Assembly (NCBI GenBank): GCA_951406725.2
Contig: OX597829.1
Location: 15,748,001 to 15,812,000 of the forward strand
Direction: 5' to 3'
Origin: Octopus vulgaris
Lineage: Eukaryota
DNA: 64,000 nt
A program made the translations under genes and the position numbers. Under the pieces are notes generated by a model that did not search any database, was not told the DNA's origin, and saw only the letters and a list, made by a program, of their open reading frames with translations. This document shows, one piece after another, positions 53,746 to 64,000 of the stretch (positions are counted from its first letter, which is position 1; the number at the start of each line of letters is the position of its first letter).

Positions 53746-54121
53746 TCTCTCTATATATAAACGGCAAAATGTCTGTCTGTGTGTATGTGTGTGTATCCTT
53801 TATACAAATCCACAATTTTTCAGTTAGAGGGCTCGTATTTTCTATGGTCATTCAAAACCGTCCAATGGTGGTCGTGCACATCTTTACATTTCCCCAGTCA
53901 CCCAGCAAAGCCATTAAAAAATCAATAGAAGTGACTTTTTTGTGAATTTTCTATCCAAATCCCAATCAAAATGCCCAAAACTTGATACGCCAATTGAATG
54001 CCAGCTAGCTGTATGTGATTGGTCGGAGATTTATACAGTACTCGCGTGTATGTGCGCACGCACGCAGCTGTATATGCATGCACTAGCACTATGACCCGGC
54101 GTGGCCGGGTCAAAGTGCTAG
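53746..54121 (+). mobile_element. Non-autonomous Helitron
   Basis: A|TC 5' end, GC-rich hairpin gacccggc-gtg-gccgggtc, CTAG|T 3' end, no TSD. Confidence 0.9.
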
Positions 54122-54474
54122 TATAATTATAATTATGTATAACAAAATTATGAATGACTTTGTTTTATTTTCTTTTTAAGATAATCAAGAATTAATACGG
54201 ATTTTATAAAGCGTTAAATTATATTCTTAAAAATCCACGAGGCATTGTTTTAGATAACTTCTATCTCATCGTTTATCGTTCATCATCTCCATTAAAACAT
54301 CGCTGAAAATATTGATTTCATAGTCGTTCTTCTCTTTTTTACGGCTTATCTATCTACCTATCTGTCTGTCTATCTATATAGATAGATAAATAGATAATCT
54401 ATCTCCTCCATACGCGCGCGCACACACACATATATAAATGGTGAGAGAAATATTTTATATATGGAATGTATGTA

Positions 54475-54475
54475 T

Positions 54476-54508
<33 letters not shown>

Positions 54509-54563
54509 GACAGACAGACAGGCAGACAGGTAGATAGGTAGATAGATAGAGAGGGAGAGAGAC

Positions 54564-54596
<33 letters not shown>

Positions 54597-54599
54597 TAA

Positions 54600-54643
<44 letters not shown>

Positions 54644-54644
54644 G

Positions 54645-54686
<42 letters not shown>

Positions 54687-54809
54687 TATAGATAGATAGA
54701 TAGATAGATAGACAGATAGATAGAGACAGACAGACAGACAGGCAGACAGGCAGATAGGTAGATAGATAGAGAGGGAGAGAGACAGAGACAGACAGACAGA
54801 CAGACAGAC

Positions 54810-54856
<47 letters not shown>

Positions 54857-54980
54857 CAGACAGACAGATAGATAGACCAGAAGGGAGAAAGAAGGAGGGA
54901 ATGAAGGCGGATGGAAGGTTGGTAGAGAAGAAGGCGGGAGGAAGGTAGTTTGGTAGGTAGGTAGGTAGGTAGGTAGGTTT
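54475..54980. repeat. (GATA)n/(GACA)n/(GA)n compound tract with a higher-order duplication
   Basis: gagacagacagacaggcagacagg.agataggtagatagatagagagggagagagacagagac occurs at ~54507 and ~54724. Confidence 0.9.
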
Positions 54981-55120
54981 CTTATGTTCTTTTTAAGGAT
55001 TTATACATGTTATATTATGTTTTTGACGTAATGCAGTCATTGTAATGTTTGTGTGTTGATTACATGGTCACACTCCAACTTACTGCTAAAGTAGTATAGG
55101 ATCTGTACCCCAGTTTATCT

Positions 55121-55213
<93 letters not shown>

Positions 55214-55215
<2 letters not shown>

Positions 55216-55403
55216 TCCTCCCTGGACATGACGCTGGTCCCCCGCATGATTATTCATTTTCACCAGCTGAGTAGACTGGAGTAATGTGAAATGAAGTGGG
55301 GTTTTTTTCCTGAAGAAAACAACGATTCACCCGGTCCAAGAATCGAAACCCCAATCTTACGATGACGAGTCCAACATCCTAACCACTCAGCCAAGCGCTC
55401 CAC
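55214..55403 (-). mobile_element. tRNA-derived SINE related to family C
   Basis: Minus strand TGGCTGAGTGG (A box) and GGTTTCGATTC (B box). Confidence 0.7.
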
Positions 55404-55409
55404 GTAGAT

Positions 55410-56720
55410 ATACATGAATTCTTTGTCCGTCAGTATGACCGTGTTGTTTATGGTTGTTTTTTGTTTTTTTTTACTGGTGCTCTTTTGGTCGGTTTGGATG
55501 TAAATATTGTTTGTGTCTGTTGTGATGTTTGCAGAGTCGATGTTGTCTGAATAGTGGAGGAAGATGGAAGAGGCAGCGATCACCGACTTTTTTTTTATGA
55601 GAGCAAGTTTTGTTTTGTTTGTTTTCTCCTTTTCTTCTTAGTGGGACAGTTTTCCATTTTTCATCTTTATCGTCCCCATTGCAGGACAACTCTGAGTGAT
55701 TTGATGGCGGAAAAGGATAGGATTTATGGTGTTGTGTTTGGGGTCGGACGATTACGTTGCTGATGCTGGAGGTGTTGCTCTTGTTGTTTGTTGTTGTTGT
55801 TCTCTAAGGGAGCTTTTTTGTTGCTGTGCTTGGTGTTGTTTTCGTTGTTGTTGTTCTCATACAGAGCTTCGTTGTTGCTTTGTTTGGAGTTATTGTTGTT
55901 GCTGCTGCTGTTGCTGCTGCTGCTACTGCTGTTGTTGTTTCTGTTGTTACTGCTTTAGCTGCTATTCCTGCTCTCATCATGGCTGTTGCTGTTTATTTTA
56001 CTATTGCAGTTGTTTATTACACAGGGGATTGTATGCTGTTATTATTGTTGTTGTTGCTGCTGCTGCTGTTGTTGTTGTTCCTGTTTATCAGGTAACGTCG
56101 ATAGCAGTAGGAATCTTCTTTCATTTCCCTTTGCGCTGTCAACCAACAGAAAAGCCTTGGGGGTCGGGCGCACCGCAAATCTGACCCTCTGACCTCACTA
56201 ATCAAACTGGTGCCATTCAGCAATCCGATTAGCTCGAAGTTGACTCCGAGCTTCTTTTGATTCATTTGGTTTAAAAACTCCACGCCGACCTGTTTTTTTG
56301 TTTTTGTTTTTTTTGTTTTTTGTTTTTTGTTGTTTTGTTTTGTTTTTTGTTTTTGTTTTATGCCTCTGGTCAAGATATCCTCTGGCAGCCACCAGTGAAA
56401 CATCCATCTCCTTCACTTTTGCGATTCTTTTGTTGTTCGCAAATTAACGAAAACGAACCCCGTGTGCTTTCTCGCTCCGAATTTAAACCAAAATGTGAAA
56501 ACATTTGCACTTAATACTTTGTCTCGCGTGACGAAAGTTCTTTTAGTTCTTCACGCATTCTTGACAGCTTCCGCTTGCCACTGCATTGGTCTTTCAATCC
56601 ACTGACTCATAACGCCGATGCGACGGCTGTGTCATCGCACACCGATTAGTTTGGTCGATAACGTGACTTGGTACCTCTAAGACTGACTCATCTCTCGGTC
56701 TTTTGGCTAAGGATTTTTCT
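55410..56720. promoter_or_regulatory. Transposon-free, relatively CpG-rich island; candidate promoter or long non-coding exon
   Basis: No recognisable TE. DR2-type TGACCC-TC-TGACCT at 56182-56195, TGACTCA at 56603 and 56684, ATTGG at 56585. Confidence 0.3.
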
Positions 56721-57004
56721 TCTTTCATTATTACTCTCTGCATGTCAAGTCTTTCGATCAGCCAAGTTGCATTAACTAAATATCCTCTGAAAGGGAATGT
56801 TATCAAAGCAATCAATTCATGGAGCATGCTAGTATTAAGATACGCTGCACCTTTTTTCTAAAATGAAGATAGAGCTACAGAAATTAGCACTGGGACACAC
56901 CTCACAAAGTACAATGCACGTCACTATAAAAGTAATATCAATAGGGCCTTCTCCTCTTCACTTCGTGCTTAGATTATATATAAAACTTTAACATGTAACA
57001 ATAT

Positions 57005-57290
57005 TGACCGAGGTTACCGTGGTCTTTTCCGTAGGCTTTTCTTCCCACGGATAAACCTTATCTGCTTCCCCCTTTACACTTTACATCATGACACTGTGAT
57101 ACACGATCCCTATTGATCGTTTTTTTCTTTTGTTTCTTTTCCTTCTTTTCTTTTTTTTTCTTCTTTCCCTTTTACGATCCCTTTTGATCGAAAACCTAAC
57201 CCACATTTTTTTTTCTTTCCCCAAAAAAGAAAAGCTCTACTTTGTAATCTGTCCCGTCTGTGTGCAGCCCTATGTGGCTAATAAAGAAAC
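57005..57290 (+). mobile_element. Probable LINE 3' UTR sharing its tail with SINE family A
   Basis: tgtcccgtctgtgtgcagccctatgtggctaataaagaaa versus SINE tgtcccctctgtgtttagccccttgtgggtagtaaaga. Confidence 0.55.
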
Positions 57291-57364
57291 ATATATATAA
57301 AACTTCCTCCCTTTCTCTCTTTTTCTTCCTCTCTCTTTCCCTTTCTCGCTCTCTTTTTCTCTCC

Positions 57365-58700
57365 ATGTTGCTCTAGCGATGGCTGTGTTTCACACTTGAT
57401 TCTACGTTCCCTATACACTAGCCTATCTCTCTTTTTCATCAGTTCTTGTTAGGTATTCCCCCGCTTCCTTCTTCTTTCGGGAGCCCGAGTTATGGCTGTA
57501 GTACGCCTGCTGTTGGGATCTTTATTCAGGTTGTAGCTATTTCTTTCTCCATTCTTCGCTGCTCATACTCGCCTTCTCAGCTCCAACACGGTTTCATTTT
57601 TTGTGTGATCTTTTCACCATATTCTAAGTATCTATCTTAGATCTGGCCGGGAAGACGTCCAAATTTTTCTTGACTTCTTTTGTCATTTTCCAGGTTTCAG
57701 AACCATACAGCAGAACCATTGGAACCTCAGATGCTCTTGAGAAGACTGAACGTGATCCGATATTATTCAAGTATGTTTTCCGGCTACATACTACTTCCAA
57801 CGTTAAAGATAAAAACTCCTCCCTATTCAAACCTGTAGATATCTTCCAATGTCTCCCTATTGATCGTAATTTTTTCTGCATCTTTGGCATTAATTTTCAG
57901 GATCTGGTACTGGTACTTTCTGTGTTTCTATTCTGAAGTGTGCCTAGTCTATTCTCTACCAGTCCGTCCGTGTTCTGTTGAATTTACTGTTTCATTTTTA
58001 TTTTTTAGTGTGGCGGTTATGACAACTATGCGATATCATCAGCAAAGTTAATGTAGTCAAGTTTCATGGTGAACTTCCATCTGATGCCATTCTCCCCATT
58101 TTCTATCGTTCTCTTCATAATCCAGAAGATGACGAAAAGCAATAGAAAGCTGACATATTGTGCTCTGTTTCACTCCCTTTCTGATCTTAAAGTAGTCTGT
58201 GGTTTCACTCAAATCAATAAATGCACAGTCGAAGTTGTCAGGCAACTTTCATTTCTCCGATAATATTCTCTGGAGTACCGTACGACTTCATTGAAACCCA
58301 AAAGCTTTTATTGTACACCGAATTGAAGGCTTTTTCAAAGCCGACGAAGATGATATATAAAGACGATTGCCATTCATTCGAATGCGTGGTAATATTATGT
58401 TGTATGAAGATTTGTTCTGTGTTACCTCTTCCTGCCCTATATACAGCCTGTTTCTTCCCCACCCTGCTGCCACCCCCTATTTTGACCTTCTCAATTAGTG
58501 TCAATTCCAGAACCTTGCTTCCAACAAGAAGCATGAAAATGTCTCGCCAGTAATTGTAGTGCTTCAGATCACCTTTTTTTAGGGAGCTTCAGAATTAGGG
58601 CTACCTCACAGCTTTTTCTCCTGCCTCCAGACTTCATCCATAATCTGTTTCACATTTCCAGTTGTGAATCCCACATCTGCTTTGAGTAGTTCTGCCTATA
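57365..58700 (-). mobile_element. Decayed RTE-clade LINE (RT to 3' end)
   Basis: 'KGDLKHYNYWRDI', 'IIFVGFEKAFNSV...SYGTPE' and 'VLLYGSETWKMTK'. Confidence 0.9.
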
Positions 58701-58958
58701 TGAGCTCCTCACCTAGCTACCTCTCCATTCCATTTTTCAACGTTCATATGAAATTAGCATATATTAGCTTTTGAATTATGATAATAATAATAATAATAAC
58801 AACAACAACAACAACAACAATAACAATAATAATAATAATAATGATTGTGATGCATGTGCCTGGTGTACCCTTATCAGAAGGGTAGTCATAATGGGTATAT
58901 TGGGCTTCGTATATTTTACCCCAGCGTCACTTTGATGGCATGCACTGATCTCTCACTC

Positions 58959-59014
<56 letters not shown>

Positions 59015-59016
<2 letters not shown>

Positions 59017-60130
59017 CAGTGACATGAAGGAAAAGACAAAAAGAGAGTACCTGCGGCGAGTGAGATAAATATTGGCTTCAAAGTTGAATACCAGAAACAA
59101 TTTCGGCAATAAACTCGCGCGCAGTCGCAGAAGTTCGGTATGGTGCTGGAATCCTGAAGTGGACACAGGAGGAGCTAAAGGAGATGGACAGGAAGTCAAG
59201 GAAGCTCCTAACGATGCATGGAGCCCATCAACCACGTGCAGACTCTGATCGCTTGTACATGAAGAGAACAACTAGAAGAAGGGAGCTGGGAAGTGTGGAA
59301 GACTGCATACGTATCGAACTCGAGAGCTTAATTAGATACCTAGCCCAAAGTAAAGAAACCTTGCTAGTGTCAGTTGGGAATGAGGGGGTATTGAGAGCAG
59401 AGAGAAAAGGGAAAACAAAGGAAGAAGTAGAAAAAGGATGTGAAGAAGAATTACGCTAGAAGGTGACTACACAAGCAATTTCATGTAGCCGCAACAGAAG
59501 CTGGTTGATGAAAGGAACATTATAAAAGAGACCGAAAACACTATACTGGCAACGCAAGACCAAGCTTTAGCCACGAGCTAGAGGGTCAACCTTAGGAATG
59601 GGCAAGTGTCTCTGCTGTGCCGCATCTGCAATCGGGTGGATGAAACTATTGTCCGTATCACGAACGAATGTCCTAGACTTGCCTACAACCACTACAAGTT
59701 GTGGCGACACGATCAGGTAGCAAAAGTACTTCACTGGAAACTGTGCGGAAAGTGGGGGCTAGAGAGAGGCATGATGCAGTATAAGCACAAATCGTACTGG
59801 TATGAGCACAATCCAACCACTGATCAGGTACTAGAACATAACAGACCGGATCTAGTGGAGGTCGACAAGGTGCACCACATATGCATGTCCCTTTGATCTA
59901 CGAATAGTGAAGAAAGAAGACGAAAGATAGATAAAAACTTATGTACGAAATAGTACGGCTATGGAAAATGTAGAAGGTGAATTATTGTTTGGTCCTTGGA
60001 AACAGCATCAGAAGGCATCAAGGGGAATATAAAAGAAATCGGAATAGAGTACCCAGTAGAACTGTAACAAAAGGTTCGCCTCCTTGACACGGATAGAATA
60101 ATCAGGAAAGTATTAGACAGCTGGAAAGAA
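59015..60130 (+). mobile_element. 5'-truncated Dong/R4-like retrotransposon adjoining (AAT)n; short inverted RT piece at ~60185-60305
   Basis: 'MDRKSRKLLTMHGAHQPRADSDRLYMKR', 'LCRICNRVDETIVRITNECP...RHDQVAKVLHWKLC' and 'HNRPDLV'. Confidence 0.9.
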
Positions 60131-60800
60131 CGGAGAACATGCTACCGCGGGATGCAGGTTGCAGGCCCGCTACGCATGCAAGATTCCAGGATCTCCAACA
60201 AAACCTGTGTTTCCATCCCACCATACTTCTCTTCAGGAAACACTTTATATTACCGGCAATTCCAAACAGATCTAAGCTCTTGATGATCCACGAATGTGGA
60301 ATCATAACATAAGTTTTACGGTATATGTATATGGCGAGCTTATTTCAATCTCCATCTACCAAATCCACTCACGCAGCTTTGATTGGCCCGTGGCTATAGT
60401 AAAAGACACTTGCCCAAGGTGCTACGCAGTGGAACTGAAACCGGAACCATGTGATTGGGAAGCAAGTTTCTTAACACACACCCATGCCTTATACACACAC
60501 TCAGACACATGCCGACTTATACAGACAGTAATAGCAACAGAGAAATATTCTTCAAATAACACCCCCACAGCACTCTACTGTGCTTGCAACTCTCTATCTG
60601 TCGACTGACTTATTCACAATGGCATCCAAAACTCGCTCGAAACCACTACTCACTAATTTAACCAAAGATACGAATCTTTGTCTTAGACACTTTACACCTG
60701 AATAGAAGAGGTGATGGTCACGGTTGAAACATATTTGACCATATATCTTCACCAAGCAGTGATTGACATAGACAAAGCACAGCAACAACAAAAACACTTT

Positions 60801-61657
60801 GGATCTTTTCGGTTTGAATGGCAGTTTTTCTAGCGGTGTCATATGAAATTGTCACCCATAATTATGACCCTAGTATCGATCTATAGCATTTCAATCTGTT
60901 TTAGGGTTAGGGTTAGTTAGGGTTATGGTTAGTTAGGATTAGGGGTGGGGGAAAGGGTATCTTTCTCTTTTTCTCTTTTTACTTGTTTCAGTCATTTGAC
61001 TGCAGCCATGCTGGAGCACCGCCTTTAATCGAGCAACTCGACCCCGGGACTTATTGTTTTTGTAAGCCCAGTACTTATTCTATCGGTCCCTTTGCCGAAC
61101 CGCTAAGTGACGGGGACATAAACACACCAGCATCGGTTGTCAAGCAATGCTAGGGGGACAAACACAGACACACAAACACACACACATACATATTTATATA
61201 TATACACATATACGACAGGCTTCTTTCAGTTTCTGTCTACCAAATCCACTCACAAGGCATTGGTCGGCCCGGGGCTATAGCAGAAGACACTTGCCCAAGA
61301 TGTCACGCAGTGGGACTGAACCCAGAACTATGTGGTTGGTAGGCAAGCTACTTACCCACAGCCACTCCTGGTATCTTTTTTTCTTCAGAAATGTAAATAA
61401 ACCCAATCTGTTTCTTAAACGAGGGACATATTCATACGGCACAGAATGTTTTCCCCTCAATAGACGTCATTGATTGGTTGAAATTGCAGAAATTGAAGGA
61501 AAAAAACAACAAATATCTTACAAACTATAGAATTTTCTCAATAAAGCCAAGAGAAAAAGATGTTTTATAAACACATTCTACCAGTATACAAAGTTTATAA
61601 GTGTTTAGTTACGTGAAAATTATTTTTAAAAAACTGCCGTTCAAACCGAAAAGATCC
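60801..61657. mobile_element. MITE with GGATC-starting TIRs, 8-bp TSD and TTAGGG-like array; carries a SINE insertion
   Basis: TSD aacacttt at 60793-60800 and 61658-61665. TIR GGATCTTTTCGGTTTGAAyGGCAGTTTTT. Confidence 0.95.
60965..61369 (-). mobile_element. SINE family B inserted in the MITE
   Basis: TSD ggtatcttt at 60956-60964 and 61370-61378. The empty site is visible in the 46710-47121 copy. Confidence 0.95.
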
Positions 61658-64000
61658 AACACTTTTGATTTATAAAACTCCAACTTTGTTCAGAGTTTAA
61701 TTGTATGTTTTCCTTACATAATTCTGTCTTTAGATAAACCCAAATAAACGAATACCAAATTGTGGTACCTATTTACAAGTATGTGAAGTGGGATGCTGTA
61801 ATTGAAATGAGGTTCACCACCGACAGGGTTCGAAACGCCTATTCATCGATCTATTGACTGAATCATTATCAATTCAGCCATATGCCAGCTAACTTCGTTT
61901 TGTTTAGTTTTATTTGTTCTGTTTTTTTTTTATATTTCTTTAAGTGTATTTTTTTTTTGTAACTTCTAAAGGCCTCCAAGTCGCAGTAAATTACTGATTA
62001 ATTACAAATTATCCCAAATACAAACATCTGATTAGGCTATTAATGGCAAATGTATTTTTTAATGTTCGTAAAAATCACACACGGTCAGACACACATGGTC
62101 ACAGACACATGGTCACAGATACGCATATGATATGCACGCACTCATACGCATACGGATTCATACACCTATGGACCCGCACACAGACATTCACACACACGCA
62201 CACTGTTTCATGTACACGCTTACATGCACATCGTTTCGCACACACATGGATTACATAGACACACGTACACACACATGCATGCACACACACACGGACTGAC
62301 AAACATGGATTTATACACATTCACACACTCGGACACATGTACACACTCTTATATATACGGATTCATACACACGCTTACATACGCACGCACACACATACAC
62401 ACACACAAACACGCACGCACACGCACACACACACACAAACACGCGCACACAATCAAGAGAACCAGACATTTTCCGTATCTACTTCATAAACCAATTGTAA
62501 AACATTACATGAGAATATATCAACATCAGCTCTTTCAAAGCAGTCTCTACTCACTTTACACACACACACGCACACGCACACACACACACACACATACACA
62601 CACAAGCACATACAAGCGTGTGCATACACATGCACATACACACACTGAGCATAATAACAAGATCAAACAACCCGCCCACACATCCACCATTTTTCATCAA
62701 ATATTCCAATAAGATCAAACACTGAAAGCTACACAAAGGACAGGATTATAAAAACAAGTTCACGGTGCATATGAGAACATTTCATTCAGATCAGAGGTGG
62801 CAGATCCCTCGCCCGCATTCACATATCAAACCGCCTACTGTTGAAGTCTCAAAAAACCTTTATGAAAAATAAAACGGTTTGATCCTGAAGACAAAACAAA
62901 AAAAATTAAGAATAACGATTTAAGTTACGTAACTATGCATTTGTAAAATTAAAGATTCGTTATTTTTCTCAGCCCAACATGTTCTTAAGCAATTGTGATT
63001 TACTCCTGTTTCTAAAACTGTTCCCCGCCCTTGATTTAGACTGCAGTTTTAATATTGTTTTGCTTTATCTTTTATTCTTATTTTTATTTATTCCTTTTTT
63101 TGTGTTGTTTCTAAACCTAAAGGGGAATATTTGAAGTAAAAATGACAAACAAGAACGAGGCAAAAAAAAAAACAAAAAAGAAAAAGAGTTTATGAGATAC
63201 AGCCTTTTCTTCCTACAGCACCTTGAACGATCATAGGTGAAGTAGCGCATTTATTCAATTTACTCATACGACTGCAGTTCAAAAGGGTCGAGGCTCAAAT
63301 CTACTGCTTCACCCTGCGTTGTGACCCGTTCTTTGTAGTGCCGGCTTAATTCTGCATCCTTCAATCACTCTACACGATAAACTAACATTGGAGCCTAGCT
63401 ATATATGCGGCCACATGACCAGCTAGGAATAACACCCAAATCTCCATCAGATCACACACCTTACTCACGTTAATCTCAAACGGTAAGCCACAGATTCTTA
63501 GAAATACGATTTGAAGTCTTACCAAATCCATAATAATAATCGATTATCATGAAAAAAATGTGTTAGTCATAATTTCCTTATACATTGCTATGATAATAAA
63601 AGGAAGGAAGCAAAACGTACTTTTCAAATATTTTTCCAATTTTTTTAACTTTAAAACATTATTTCGTTTTGTTTATATTAATTTTTATAACTGTCCATGC
63701 GAAATGTGACAGTAATGTTCTTGTTATCTCCAGTGTACCATAAAGTTAAAGAAAACTAGAGAACCACTGCTCCAAAGAATTAAAAACGAACGGAAATAAT
63801 GGTTAATGTAGTCCTGGAGACACTATGTCTGAGAAAATACAATAAGAATAGCCTCGGTTGCAATGCCTTAAATCATTATTTTGCCCGAACAGGGCTCACC
63901 TGAGAGTAAGTAATATCAACAGCAATATCACTACTATCAGCATTTTTAAAACCACGTACAATAAAAGAGCCTTTTACGTAGTTATCTGGCCTGCAAGAAA

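Noticed and set aside
55726-56403. Cys-rich and Asn/Ser-rich ORFs
   Set aside because: Driven by (GTT/GCT)n repeats, with no recognisable domain.
60900-60945. True telomere or chromosome fusion site
   Set aside because: Short degenerate tract internal to a MITE.

Overview
Eukaryotic, AT-rich, repeat-saturated non-coding DNA. The SINE families, microsatellite density and 5S variant point to a coleoid cephalopod, most likely Octopus (inference). I found no intact protein-coding gene, and nearly all supplied ORFs are microsatellite artefacts or decayed retroelement fragments. The window holds at least three tRNA-derived SINE families, decayed RTE, Dong/R4-like, CR1/Jockey-like and Penelope-like (PLE) retroelements, a mariner remnant, hAT-like and GG-TIR MITEs, short non-autonomous Helitrons and an isolated 5S rRNA variant. 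The main signal is a set of short islands wedged between (TA)n/(TG)n tracts. Many are 60-110 bp-arm foldbacks, and several encode minimal type I hammerhead ribozyme motifs with palindromic, dimer-type stem III. Two motifs have non-canonical but compensated cores: G3:C8 (36279-36329, +) and U3:A8 (23638-23682, -). Together with PLE RT and GIY-YIG remnants, this suggests a diverse system of microsatellite-targeted, ribozyme-bearing miniature PLE derivatives. All folds were read by eye and are untested.
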